Positions 11,579 to 25,815 are shown, numbered from the stretch's first letter. The stretch: 64,000 nucleotides of DNA from Octopus vulgaris (GCA_951406725.2 OX597817.1:138198001-138262000); one strand, 5' to 3'. Program-made: numbers and translations. The notes: generated from the sequence alone by a model not told the origin.

Positions 11579-12396
11579 ACAAAGCAATACTGGCAAGAGA
11601 ACAACAAGCACAATAACACCTGCAAGCTCATTACTAATTTCATTTTAAATTAGATTTCTGTTTGTCCGCCATCATAATTTGATGATATCGATTGCAATTT
11701 TGCGGAATCCTCCAAAATCTGCACAGAAGCATAACTGTGGAATTTGGGGAGGTGGGGGGAGGGCGGGCCGTAAGTGGGCGGGGGAGTAACGTGTTACAGG
11801 AATAGTGAACTGGAGGGGGGCAGTAGGAGAAGTAGGAGGAAGCAGAGGAGGAGGAGGGATAAATATGGTGCCCTCTGAGCATTTGATACTCCCGTGAAGT
11901 GAAGTGAAGCGGTGGCGGCGTAGTAGAATGTTGGTGTGCAGTGTTATTGTTTTGAGGATTGGAATTTGATATAGTAAGTTAGTAACCACAACAACTACAA
12001 CAACAGCAACAACAACAACAACAGTCATACAGAACAAACTGGTGACTGGGTACTATTGTTTCTGCTACGTCTTGTTTATTCGAGCCAAAAAACTAAAAAA
12101 TAATAAAGTAAATCATTGTGGGCAGGTACGAACTCATTTCGATGTGTCCCAGTGTTGCCCCAGATAAATAAGCCCCGGATAAAAGGGCTCATTTGTCTCC
12201 CTATTTGCTCCACCGATTTTAATTCGTATATTTTCCATTCGCTTAAGATTTGACTGTTATCAAAGTTTGATTTTTTTTAATGCAGCAGGGTGACCCGCTC
12301 TTCACTTTCATGGAAGGCCTACATACAAACACCCTATTTCAATGGTCCCCTTACAGAAATTTCTCGTGGATCTCACACTTTTAGGACAATTTCCTG

Positions 12397-12456
<60 letters not shown>

Positions 12457-12555
12457 AAAAAGGGTGGAATATAATTAATTAAATAAAATTAATAAATTTC
12501 ACCTAGTAGATTTATCGGTATGGAAAAGACCATATTTGGTAAGGGTTATAATAAT

Positions 12556-12646
12556 TATAATTAAGGGTTAATTGCAACAAGTTGCTCAAAACCACATACC
12601 TAATATTTTCGGTTTGTGGTTTTGAGCAACTTGTTGCAATTAACCC

Positions 12647-12655
<9 letters not shown>
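12556..12655. repeat. Perfect 41-bp inverted repeat with 18-nt spacer
   Basis: tataattaagggttaattgcaacaagttgctcaaaaccaca (12556-12596) and its exact reverse complement (12615-12655). Confidence 0.95.
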
Positions 12656-12697
<42 letters not shown>

Positions 12698-12698
<1 letters not shown>

Positions 12699-12905
12699 TG
12701 TTGTGTCTGGGGAGAGTCATTTTCTTTTTTTGCCTTATAATTTAACACACTCACCGGTAAAATTTCCACTTATTTCGTATTTTTATTTTCCTAAAATTTT
12801 CGTTGCGTCTTGCAACCTTTTCAGGCACAAAAAGAAAATGACTCTCTCAAGACACAACAGAATATGCTTCAACACACGAACTCATATAAATAATCCAAAA
12901 ACGAA
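12698..12905 (-). mobile_element. Penelope-like pLTR fragment with inverted end and degenerate hammerhead-like motif
   Basis: Arms 12698-12734 and 12824-12860. Minus strand reads CTGAAAA-G-gttgc-aagac-gcaac-GAAA. Confidence 0.55.
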
Positions 12906-12920
12906 ATATATATATATATA

Positions 12921-14070
12921 CTAGCTTAAGATGACCCGCTCTACGCGCGGGTGAGAGTGTGGTTGTTACTTTCTGTTGCTACCTTTCTGTTTCTTATCGC
13001 CACATTCTCCCTCTTTGATTATCTCTCCTTTCTCTCTCACTTTCTCACTCTCTTACTCTTCCTTTCTCTCGGACTCTCCCTCGCTTTCTCTTACTCTCTA
13101 TCTTTCTCTATCTATCTCTTTCTCATTTATAAAGAACAAAAGATCTTGAGTAAGTTGAAAAAGAAAATATTTTGAAAGATCAATTATAAATATCAGGCAG
13201 TGACAACGGAAAGGTCTGCTTCAAGGCAGACAGCGAAACACTAACATTTAAAAGGGACAGACGAACTAGCGAGCTGAATAAAAATAAAAAAATATTGGAA
13301 ACCAAAGTCTGAAGGGATAGAATCTGAGGATAGTAGACTCACCTTGGCTGGAATTCAAAACTTCTTAACGACGGACAGCAACGTACTGGCAGTTTAACGG
13401 CTGGCGCAAACTTTTGAACTTGATGTAAAAGAAAATTCCTAAACACCAAGTTTTGAAGTGATTCTTTCTCACGACAGTAGACTCACCATGGCAGGCATTC
13501 AAAATTTCTTCATGACGGTCAGAAACACATTGACGATTTAAAGGCTGGCACAAATTTTTTAGCTTGATATAACAGAGAATTCATAAAAACACCCGCTCCT
13601 GTAAATTTTAATCCCCTTCCAGCCCCATTTAGACCCCTTTTCACATAAAAATCCAATTTGTATCAGCGTAATAATTCACCGTTCTAAAATACCAGTGGCA
13701 GGAATATTTAAACTTTTGCGGCTGTCAACGCTTTCTCTCTATAGATACAGACAGGCGTACAGTGAGAGAGGTGGTGGAAGAAAGAGTGACAGAAAGACGA
13801 AGCTGTCAAACGTCGTTATAGAGAGAAAGTGGAAGGAAGGAAGGAAGGAAAGAGAGAGACAGAGGAAGACAGGCTGATATGCGAAAGAGAGAAACGACAA
13901 ACAGCTGTCAAAGTGTGGGTTTTGTTGCCCTAGTAACCACAGCTTTTCAGATGGGGATTTCTAACCCAGTCCACTTACTTTCTCGCCTCTTTTTATATGT
14001 CCCATCTAATGCCCCATAACCCGTTCCAATCCTAAAATGACCCAAACTTTTCGCATTTCAGCTTTATAGA
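12921..14070 (-). mobile_element. Non-autonomous Helitron
   Basis: Minus strand 5'-TC, acccgc(gcgtaga)gcgggt hairpin about 9 nt before CTAG-3', followed by T. Internal diverged duplication of about 143 bp (13333-13592). Confidence 0.75.
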
Positions 14071-14076
14071 TATTGA

Positions 14077-14283
14077 CTAGTTTAAGGTGACCCGCTCTAC
14101 ACGCGGGTGAGGGTGTGGTTGTTACCTTCTGTTGCTTCCTTTCTGTTTCTTATTGCCACATTCTCCCTCTTTGTTTCTCTCTCCTTTCTCTTTCACTTTC
14201 ACACTTTCTTACTCTTCCTTTCTCTCGGACTCTCCCGTATTATTGCTTACTCTCTATCTTTCTCTGTCTCTCTCCCATTTATA
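14077..14283 (-). mobile_element. Second Helitron 3' end, head-to-tail with the previous copy
   Basis: About 200 bp similar to 12921-13130, including the hairpin and CTAG. Confidence 0.75.
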
Positions 14284-14375
14284 AAAATTAGATTTCCGCG
14301 CTTAAATTGCTAATCCGCTTCCACTTTACCATGTTCAAAATTAGATTGAAATCGGGCAAAAGGTGTCCAATCTTT

Positions 14376-15288
14376 AAATAACTTAGCAGTTCGCCAATTC
14401 AGATCGATAAAATAACTTAGCGGTTCGCCAAAGGTGTTCTATAAAATAATTAGCAGTTCACCAAAGGAGATCGATAAAATAACTTAGCGGCTCGCCAAAA
14501 GAATTCGATAAAATAACTTAGCGGTTCGCCAAAGGGGTCGATAAAATAACATAACTCTTCGCCAAAGGAGATAAATAAAATAACTTAGCGGTCCGCCAAA
14601 CAAGATCGATAAAATAACTTAGCGGTTCGCCAAACGAGATCGATAAATTAACTTTGCAGTTCGCCAAACGTGTTCACCAAACGGTTCGCCAATGGTCATC
14701 AATAAAACAACTTAGCGGTTCGCCAAAGCAGGTCCATAAAATAACTTAGCGCTTTGCCAAAGGAGATTGATAAAACCAGCTAGCGGTTCGCCAAAAGAGA
14801 TCGATAAATTAACTTAGCGGTTCGCCAAACGTGTTCGATAAGATACTATAGCGGTACGCCAATCGAGATCGATAAAATAACTTAGCGGCTCGCCAAAGGT
14901 GATCTATAAAATAACTTAGCGGTTCACCAAAGAAGATCGATAAAATAACTTAGCGCTTTGCCAAGGAAGATCAATAAAATAACTTAGCGGTTCGCGAAAG
15001 CAGATCGATAAAATAACATAGTGGTTCGCCAAACGAGATCGATAAAATAATGTAGCGGTTCGCCAAATGTAATCGATACAATAACATAGCGTTTCGCCAA
15101 AGGTGTTCGATAAAATAATACTATCGGTTCGCCAAACGGGTTCGATAAAATAATTTAGCAGTTCGCCAAAGGAGATCGATTGAAAATCTAGCGGTTCGCC
15201 AAAGGCGATAGATAAAATAACTTAGCGCTTCGCCAACGTGAGCGATAAAATAAAATAGCGGTCCGCCAAAGGATATCGACAAAATAAC
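14376..15288 (+). repeat. 34-bp minisatellite, about 27 units, SINE-derived
   Basis: Consensus aacttagcggttcgccaaaggagatcgataaaat. One inverted unit at about 15411-15446. Confidence 0.95.
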
Positions 15289-15984
15289 CCGTAACCATAT
15301 GGTTGGGAAGCAAGCTACTTACCACACAGCAACATTTTGTGACGTTATATCATCTCTGCTACTCATTGAAGATGAAGAACCAGTCTTTAAGGCAACTCTG
15401 ACAATTTGTGTGAACCGCTAAGTTATTTTATTGATCTCCTTTGGCAGTTTCTAATCTCTTCCAGCTGTTAAGAAATTGTAGGCTACAAAACACCAGTTTC
15501 TATATAATTCTAATTATTGCAAAAATATATATATCTACCAAAGTCGATTTATTCTTTCTAATCTGATACCCTGACAACTCTTCCACTGATAAATACAGGC
15601 AAGTACTAAAACATAGAGATGTAAGTTAAAGAGATGTACAAACCAGAACTACAGCTGGTGCCGTCCTAAAGCATTGACACATTTGGCCGTTGCTCGAGAG
15701 TTGCTCGTATCTAAGGGAACCAATGCTCATCAATGTAAGGCGTCGTTGTGAAAGTAGGGGCCGTAATGTATTGCTTTGGCCGGGCTTCTTGCCTTCGAAT
15801 GTGTGGTTTCAGCAAAAATACAGTTTTAGTTTTTTGCTGTGAAAGGCCGGGCTTCCTTTTGTTGTTACAAAGAGAAAACTATGCGATTTTAAGTGCCATG
15901 TCTACGCTACACTGCGACGTTGAAAACGGATGTTTACTAAATAATGTGCACCGCCCCAGCTGTAGCAATCATTTTAGCTTTTAT

Positions 15985-16470
15985 CTTCTGCTTGTCTCAG
16001 TCGTTCGGCTGCAGCGTTGCTGGGGCAGTGCCTTGCCGAGATTTTAGTCGAATGAGTCGACCCCAGTATTTGTTTTTCTTTCTTTTTTTTTAAGCCTAGT
16101 ACTTATCCTATCAGTCTTTTTTGCCGAATCGCTAAGTTACGAGGACGTAAGCAAACCAACATTGGTTATCAAGCAGTGAGAGGACAGACACGAAGACGCA
16201 CACACTCGCACACACAAATATATACATATTATATATACATATGTGTGTGTGTGCGCGCGCGTGTGTGAGTGTGTATGTGTGTGTGTACATGCGTGCGTGT
16301 GTGTGCGTGCGTGTGTATGTGCGTGTGTGTGTATCTGTGTGTGGCTTGTTTCAGTTTTCCTTCACCAAATCCACTCACAAGATTTTGGTCAACCCGAGAC
16401 AGAAGATATTTGCCCAAGGAACTCGCAACTATGCGGTCGGAGAGCAAACTTCTTACCATAACGCCACACC
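15985..16470 (-). mobile_element. SINE family B copy (diverged)
   Basis: Reverse complement of the 18748-19228 family. Confidence 0.8.
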
Positions 16471-17578
16471 TTAACCTACAGAAGTCTAAATAAACGTTGC
16501 GCAGGCCTTGTATTAATTACTAAAGCATTTGTCTTCATCTCCAAGTCTATAAACCAAAGCAATATCCCACAACGCCATTGAAGCATTCTTGGTTCCCCAT
16601 AAAAGACTTTATAAAACATGGAGAAATTCATTGACAGTTCTTGTGACTGTTTTATTTTACTCTGGTTGTTAATGTCTCTTGAGGACTCACAAAATATGCT
16701 GCCATTGATCGTAGAGATATTAATAGCTTTTCTAATCCACGGCGAACTTATTAAAAAATATATTTACTTCGTTTTGGCCGAAAACTACGAATAAAATGGA
16801 AGGAAAACACATGAGATATAATTTACGACAAATGGGGAAAACAGAAACATCACAATTTGTTTCTAGACTTCCCTTGGGATTTGAAATTTTGTCGAGATAG
16901 ATTTCGTTTTTCATCAATCAATCTCAGATAAATTAAATAGGAATATTTATTTCTCAAATCGACACAAGGCAACATTGTTGTAAGGTTGTAGGTTAAGAGG
17001 TAGCGGAGTCCATTAAATTGACACACAAGTCCCTGCCTGAAGATATTTGTGCCAATAGATGAGTTGATTGTGAATTTGTTTTATTTGATGCCGAAGGAAA
17101 GAAGATTGTCATAAATCAGTGGAGGCTGTTTTCGAGGTCTCCCTTCCTGGAGTCACTGGAGAAATGATGTGAGGTTTCTGGGTTGTATGTGGAGGAAGCT
17201 TACGTACGAAAAATTTGGAAGGAACGAAGAGAGGTGTCTTCTTCATAGGAGATGACGGCAAGTAGGTTATTAATGTGTGGGAGAATGAATGCAGGATACA
17301 AACCGAACAATGAAGAACGTCTGCATTTAATGTCTGGATCAGTCAGCACAGCGCATGTCTTGGATGTAACAGCAAGCTACCGATCGAAGATACGGAAAGC
17401 TGGGGGAGCGCAGAGGCGAATACTTTCGGCAGGATATGCACATGCTACACCCGGTCGAAAGCTTTTATCAATACTAAAGGCATCAAATTTCTCGAAGTTT
17501 GAGCTTCTGATGATTAATATAGGAGAGTTTCTCGCTAATAGGTCTTGCCTTAGAAATATCGTAGATGAGGCCTTTAAG

Positions 17579-17610
<32 letters not shown>

Positions 17611-18747
17611 TTTAATGAAGAACGTTATTCTTAAGGGTCATTTCCATCACTTTTGAGACATTGAAAGTGAGTGCAATAATAAGACAGTTGACAAGGCCAG
17701 AGGTGTCGTCCTCTATGAGAAGTGAATGCATTGCAATGTATGTCCAAAGATCGAGTTAGAACACAGGAGAGGATGAGAGAAAGAGTGAAAGAAAGGGAGA
17801 AAGAGATGAATTAGAAGTGAAGGAAAGGTTGGGGTGTTTAGTGAGTGTGAAGGCTAAAACTGCGGAGCATTGTTTGAGAGTAATAGACAAAAACGTTGTC
17901 AGGCCGGTGAATGTCAGGCCGGTGAATGTCAGGCCGGTGGGTTTCCAGGCCGGTGGATGTTCAGGCCGGTGGATGTTATTTCGACTTTACCTAGGCAGTT
18001 TATGAAGTTGATAACATAATGCAATGCTACAAACGTGAAGTCGATAGAATTAGGCAAAAAGCGAAGTAGCTGCATGACTTTATAAGAAACAGAAACTAAA
18101 CTGTTGTCAAAATAAAAAAATACTGATGGTAGCAAAGATGTCGCAGCGCAGCGCGTTTTTTCCTTCCTCACTACAGAGAACAGAGATTTAGTTTTGATTT
18201 CGTTTCTAATAACTAATCCACCTCAGAGAATCAAGCTTGGTTTAATAATGTTGTGTTGCTATGAATTCCGCAATTGTTGGTGGCCATAGTGGAAAACAAT
18301 AAAATAGACGATTGAGAAAAAAATGCCCTCCGTAGGACCAACATGGTTCCTTGTTCTCTCATTTTAAATGGAACCAGACTTAAGCGTCTTGCTCTGCTCA
18401 TACAGATAAAGTGATATCCTGATGTGCTTCAGGTTTATTTAGCCACTCTTTAGGGAATAAATATTTTTCATTGATCAACCCACAAAGATAATTTGATAAT
18501 AATCGCTATTGAAATCAAACACAAACCAGACTTAGGTGAAATGGCTAGACTAAGTTCTATAATGTGCATTTGTCGGTGATATGTTCAAATATTGAATAAA
18601 TATCTTACACCTAAACAGCGAGTATTAGAAAGACTAAGACAAATACAATGTAGCTCAGCCCCTCTTTCTCCCTCTGCCTTCCCCTCTCTACTCTCTCCCC
18701 ATATATATATATGCGTGCGTGTGTGTGAGGTGCAGGGGTGGCTGTTT

Positions 18748-18916
18748 AGGCGCAGGAGTGGCTGTGTGGTAAGTAGCTTGCTTACCAATTACATTGTTCC
18801 GGGTTCAGTCCCACTGCGTGGCACCTTGGGCAAGTATCTTCTACTATACCTCGGGCCGACCAAAGCCTTGTGAGTGGATTTGGTGGGCGGAAACTGGAAA
18901 ATTCCTGTCGTATATA

Positions 18917-18958
<42 letters not shown>

Positions 18959-18960
18959 CA

Positions 18961-19010
<50 letters not shown>

Positions 19011-19228
19011 CAGATATATATGTGTGTGTGTGTGTGTATGTTTTTGTGTCTGTGTTTTTCCCCCAATATCGCTTGACAACCGATGCTTAGCGGTTCGACA
19101 AAAGAAACCGATAGAATAAGTAATAGGCTTACAAAGAATAAGCTCTGGGGTCGATTTTCTCGACTAAAGGCGGTGCTCCAGCATGGCCGCAGCCATATGA
19201 CTGAAACAAGTAAAAGAGTAAAAAGAGT
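18748..19228 (+). mobile_element. tRNA-derived SINE family B full-length copy with internal (TA)n/(GT)n
   Basis: ggcgcaggagtggctgtgtggtaag head, gggttcagtccc B-box-like, CORE-like accttgggcaagt, tail gtaaaagagtaaaaagagt. Confidence 0.9.
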
Positions 19229-19703
19229 GTGCGTAGGTGTGCATGGATGCATCGTTTCATGGAAAAACAACGACGTTCATATTTATCTTTCTGTCTCGCT
19301 ACCATTTTTGTTGATCGATAAAGCGCTCTTCGTTTTTATTTCTAGTTTGATCTTCACATTTTTTTTTCTTTACTTTTTTCTACATTTATTTTCAGCTTCA
19401 AAATTTGAAACTGGCGAATTTTCGTTTCGTGTGCGTTTCTTTCTTTCCAGTCTCTTTTCATGTCTTCTCTCGTTTTTTTTAAATGTCATGTGAACGTATG
19501 CCTATGCTTATGTATGTCTATGTGTGTTATTTGTATGTATTTTTATTGCACACCTCTTTGATTATTATTTTGTCACTTTATAATTCTACTTTTTTTTTCA
19601 GTCACGGATCTTTGTTTGTGCAACTATATTATTTGTTTTGTATATTTCTTCTTTGCCTCTTAACCTTACTTGTGTTACTGGTATTTGTTGATTACATATA
19701 CAT

Positions 19704-19755
<52 letters not shown>

Positions 19756-19848
19756 CGTGTAAGTGGATATACATATATATAAGCGTGTTTCTGTGTACTT
19801 GTGTATGTAATATATACACATATGTATATTATTTAACTGGAATAGTAA

Positions 19849-20964
19849 TGACAGTGACTTCAAAGTTTCGACCAGCTAAGCCAGCATTGGAGTGTAATTT
19901 ATTTAAGTTCATCTTGACTTTATATCGCCTCTGTTAAATTTTAAATGTTCTTGAGTAACCTGAGTTCCGTTGGCTGGTAATTATGCGGTTTGGTTGGTTG
20001 TGGTGGCAAGGTGACATGGAGAATTTTTCATTGATTAAATATGGAGAAGTGCTAATTGTTAGAATTTATCCATGCATGCAGAGTTTTGTAATTAGGTGTG
20101 TATTTTTAGGTGTGTCATCTTCAGGTCATAGGGTTTCACAAGAGAATGTTGCTGGATTGTTATTGGTTTTATTTAAACATTAATTGGATATTTACCTTTT
20201 GCTTTGAGAATGTGAAAGTTAAATCTCAGGGTTCGGTCCAGCGACTTTCCAATTTAGGTGTGTTATTTGGTGTATCACCTTTTAAACGATTGATATTTAA
20301 GGGTTCAGAAAAAAAAACAAGAAGTCTATGGTAAGGCTTGTTTAGTCAGAAGGTTGGAAGTATTTATGGTTTTTCCTTTGATTCTATTCCTTCCTCTGAT
20401 GGTTATTAGTTAAGCATGTCACGGTGATATTGGTATGGAAAATGTGTTCATCAAATGTTTTAATGTTTACAAGAGTATGTAGGCAGGATTAAAAGTCGTC
20501 GCTCAGCATATTTGGAATCATTGTTCTGGAAAGTATTTGGTTACAATTTATATGTTTTGATGTACGTATGAAAGGAGGTGAAGTTTGTAGGCTGTTTTTT
20601 ATAATTATTTCTTATATTCGGTTTCATGTATATGAGTACATACTATATAAAATGTAGTATGTTTTTTTGTATTTATTAAAATATGAAAAAAGGTGAGTAT
20701 TATAAAAATTTCCGATTCAGGTTATTTCTCCTTGCATAAATATATGTGTGGCTTTTGTAAGATTTTGTTTGTTTTTTATGTTTGTGGTGATGTATTTTGT
20801 TTGTTTTTTCTTTTTTTTGTTTTTGTTTTTTTTGTTTGTTTTTTTTTAGGTGTTTGAAGTTGTTCTAGAAATTTTGTGGGAAAATTTGAGAACTCTTAGA
20901 TAATTTCTGCATAGCTTGTATAGTGTAGATTTGCAATATTAGTTTTGGAGATAGTTAATGAAGA

Positions 20965-20998
<34 letters not shown>

Positions 20999-21219
20999 TG
21001 GAGAGGTTTCATATTTAGCCATTAGGAAAAATTCTTTTGGTTTAAAGTCTTTTAAAGTTTTTAAGACGTTGTGCTTGCATGAGGAGTCTAATTCGGAGTT
21101 TCGGTTCAGGGTTTGGTTCTTCAATGTAAGAATGTGGCAAGATTCGTTGGCACAGACAAATTTAAATGAATTACAGTCCGATGATGGCTTGGCTGGGTGA
21201 AACTTCAAAGTCACTGTCA
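19849..21219 (-). mobile_element. Degraded Penelope-like element with inverted hammerhead-bearing termini
   Basis: Inverted arms 19849-19910 and 21159-21219. The interior has only faint coding relics. Confidence 0.6.
21173..21217 (+). ncRNA. Degenerate type-I hammerhead ribozyme
   Basis: Stem I acagt/actgt, core CCGATGA (U4C), GAAA, stem III ACTT/AAGT, GTC cleavage triplet. Stem II is poorly paired. Confidence 0.6.
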
Positions 21220-22556
21220 ATACTATTCTTGTTAAAAGAAATGCGCATTTAAGTTTTTGGAAATAGCTAGACCATCGTCTCTGTAGAAACCCAATCCCGA
21301 TTTACATTAATCAAGCACGAATGACCCAACCAGATCTCAGCTTAACTCCATCAAAGCAGAGTATTTTGACACTAACTGGATCATTATGATTTCTGAGTCA
21401 TGCAAAATTCTTGTCTAAAAGCAATGTCTCTTTGGCTTGTTTGATGCCATAATTTAGTGACATTATTAATGTGCTTGCTAACTTTCTCAAGCTCATTCTT
21501 AACTGGATTTATTAACCTACATTTAGGGTTTGTGACGAAGTTCTCATAGTAGTCTATTAGTGTTACGCGTATTTTGTGTTTGGTTAAAGACTGCCCTTTC
21601 TTGGCTCCTCTTTTCGCTCTGTTACAAATTGAAGATGTTTGTTTAGATGTCTAGTCTGTTCTTGTTTCTTTGTTATAAATCATTATTCAGATATCAACAT
21701 GTCTGCTGCGCTTTTAGGCAAAAAATCAGAGGAAGCGGATATTGTTCAGTGGTAACAATGTACAAAGTGTTTCGCAACTAAAGTGATATTGAGTTATTAA
21801 CCAGAACATTTATACGTCTTGCCTTTCCGTAGCTACGAGAAATAAGCAATAAATCTTCTCCAAGTTTTACCTGTAACTGACCGGCGTTCGATCTTACAAC
21901 GCAGTCGTCAGGAATTCACTTGATGCATCTGGCTCTAATTAAATTCTATTAAAATTTTGGAGCTCACTACATTCGCAAGGTAGCCCTTATTTGTCTATAG
22001 CTTTTCCTGCAGTAGGCGTCCCTGCGTATTTTGCCTTGGTTATTGTATTACATACATCTATCGTATTATAATTCAGTTTTTTCTGTAAAGATATTCTAAA
22101 AGATAACTGTTGCTGTCCTCGATGTGAGCTTCACTATATAACACCAACAACGTTTATAAATGAACAACAACAACAACAAAAACAACAACAACAAGGAACT
22201 GTTCTGTTCTTTGCTTCTAATTAAATAGTGTTGATGGCAACAAGTGAAACCATAAATCTGGCTGATACACTTACTTGGAATCATGATCAATTACAAAAAG
22301 AATTCTATGCTTTTATTTGATTTCTATCTTGGCTTGAAATATAACAGAATGAATATGTTGTGTTTCTTAGATAAAGAAATGGAGCAAGAGGAAGAAGACG
22401 AGGAAGAAACTGAAGGAAGCTGCTTCGCATATGTTTGGGTGGTGTGTGTGTAAGAAAGGTGGGTGTGTGGATGGATAAAAGAGAACTAACGTAACTGAAG
22501 GGAGGTAGGTATATAATTAGACAGACTGGCGGAAGAGAGGCACAGAAATAGACAGA

Positions 22557-22930
<374 letters not shown>

Positions 22931-23569
22931 TAACAAATAAATACAACAGATAAATATAAATATTCATATTGTGTGTGTACGTGTGTGTATGTGTGTGTGT
23001 GTGTATTATACATACATAAAATGTAAAATTTAATAAGCACGAAGCTAAATTTATTTCTACTCTTGTACTTTAGTACAACTACTAACAGTATTACTAGTGC
23101 TTGTTTTACTTCTTTTAGTTCTTTCGCGTTCACCGCTTCTACGAGCCACAGATGTCCGACCACAGTTGTGTGCCGACGTGAGCGTAAGAGTTTGACATTT
23201 AAGAAGTTACGACAGAGTTTATTCAAATATGTTCCCATTCATTCTCTGTCGACTCTAACTAATTATTTCGGATCAAGCTGGTGCTGCCTATTCACAGATT
23301 TCCAGTTTTTCCAGTCAAATCTGTGCGCAGGTGCTTATCGTAATACCATGAGTGGATGTGACAACTTGTCCAAGTGGCCATTAAACTGAACTTCGATAGT
23401 CTTGCTACCTGGGAAGAGCCCCTCGATGGATGAAATGTAGAATGAACACACTTCCTGCACTCTCGACTGATACCAACGACTAGGATAAGTAGGGAACAAG
23501 CGTGTGCTGTTGGCATTCATTGCTTGTAGACTGCAGCCACTGATAATTCTACATCAACCTAAAAAATTG

Positions 23570-23778
23570 ATTTTTAGCACAAGGCCAGCAATTTCAGGGG
23601 AAGAGTGCTAGTCGATTACATCGACCCCAGTGTTCAACTGGTACTTATTTTATCTACCCTGAAAGGATGAAAGGCAAGTTGACCTCGGCGAAGTTTGAAC
23701 TCAGAACGTAGAGAATGGACGAAATGCCACCGAATATTTTGTCCAGCGTGTTAACGATTCTGCCAAGCCGCCGCCTTA
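23570..23778 (-). mobile_element. SINE family A copy
   Basis: Reverse-complement core and head (ccgccgcctt). Confidence 0.85.
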
Positions 23779-25222
23779 CAGCAATCCATAAGATTAGTCT
23801 CCATTTCTTTTATATGGAAATATTTCTCGCAAAAAGAACAAAACCTTTTTCTGCTAAATCGTGCCTCAATATAGGATTGTGACGTGTGAAGTCAATAGAT
23901 GTCTTTCCTATGATGAGTGAGACTCCTTACTTTGGAAATTATCTCGTCTCCTTAATTTGTTTGTTACTGTCTGATCCAGAAGTCAAAGTTTGGTTCAAAG
24001 TGATCCCAATTGTAATCTTGAAATCGATAATTGCGATGATTCAGAGATTTAGAGGCTTTCTGATGAATAAACAAAGCAGGTTCGATCCTGAACAGTAACC
24101 ATGACAGAGAACATAAACTAGTTTGGATCTCACTGAAGCTGGTTCTTTACAGGTTTTAGTTGATCTTATTGGTGTTTAACTCCTAATCAGCCCTAATCGA
24201 GTAGAGCCACGATCAAAAGCATTCCAGCCAGAGTCATCTTATCTCGTGTATCTCTCACTTTATCAGACAGGGTGTGAATTGAGAGAGATTTAGCTGCTAT
24301 TTCTCGTAAGTCAAAGGAAGAGGTAGAGACTTCATTGTTAATGGAAAATCAAGGTGTGACCACCAGATAATATTTAGAGTATTCTCCTCTGTTTCCTTTA
24401 TATCAAAGGGGACAAATTTCGTCTAAGAATACGTCTAGCGAGTACACGTCAATAGTAAGGTCCAAGAAGGATGAAAGCGTCTGGCGTTCTCGTGAGTCAT
24501 TGCTTTGACTAACACTACACAAATACAAAGAGATTCTCCCTCAGGCAAAAACCACAGTATTGTGCCTTTCAGTGGTGTGTGTTTATTCGCTAAGTATGAT
24601 ACATAGATAGCTATTTTTTAATTTAGCGTTGTTCCAATATTGCGCACACCAAATACACACTCAAACACACTCACACACACACATCTATATGTTTGTAAGT
24701 ATATATTGTAAAAGATCAACAAGTTTCCGATCATTATATATTTACCATTCCTGAGAGACTTTATACACTTTGTTTTGCTTTAGTACAGTAAAATTATACA
24801 CACATGCATACATGCATATATACATACATAAGTATGTCTGTGTGAGTTCGTGACTGTGTGATGTGTGAGTATGTGTTAGAGAACGTGTGCTCATAGGCAT
24901 TTGGCTACACATAAATGTACAGTTTGGAAAAAGAAGAGGTGACAATGGTTGAAGTATCTTTGATCATAGTTGACCAGGCTCTATAAAGCGCAAACAACGT
25001 GTCTCTACGACAACAGGCTGTGCACACGTGTATACACATACACGCATACATATACACACACTATATATATAAATATGCATTTATATATACATACATTTAG
25101 ATACATGTATTTACATATTCATAGAAAGTTTTTGTATAAATGTTTGCACACACGTCTGGGCTGCTTGTGGCTTTTGTGTTTGTATGTATGTCTCTATGTA
25201 AATATTTATGCAAATGCATATA

Positions 25223-25815
<593 letters not shown>

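Noticed and set aside
14376-15288. CRISPR-like array
   Set aside because: The variable part is only about 8 nt and homologous between units. No unique spacers, no cas genes, eukaryotic context, and the unit matches a SINE segment.
16960-17590. Possible Penelope-like coding relic
   Set aside because: No clear motif recoverable by eye; needs tBLASTn.
23100-23310. Two weak hammerhead-like motifs on the minus strand
   Set aside because: Cores are heavily mismatched and stem I is unsupported.
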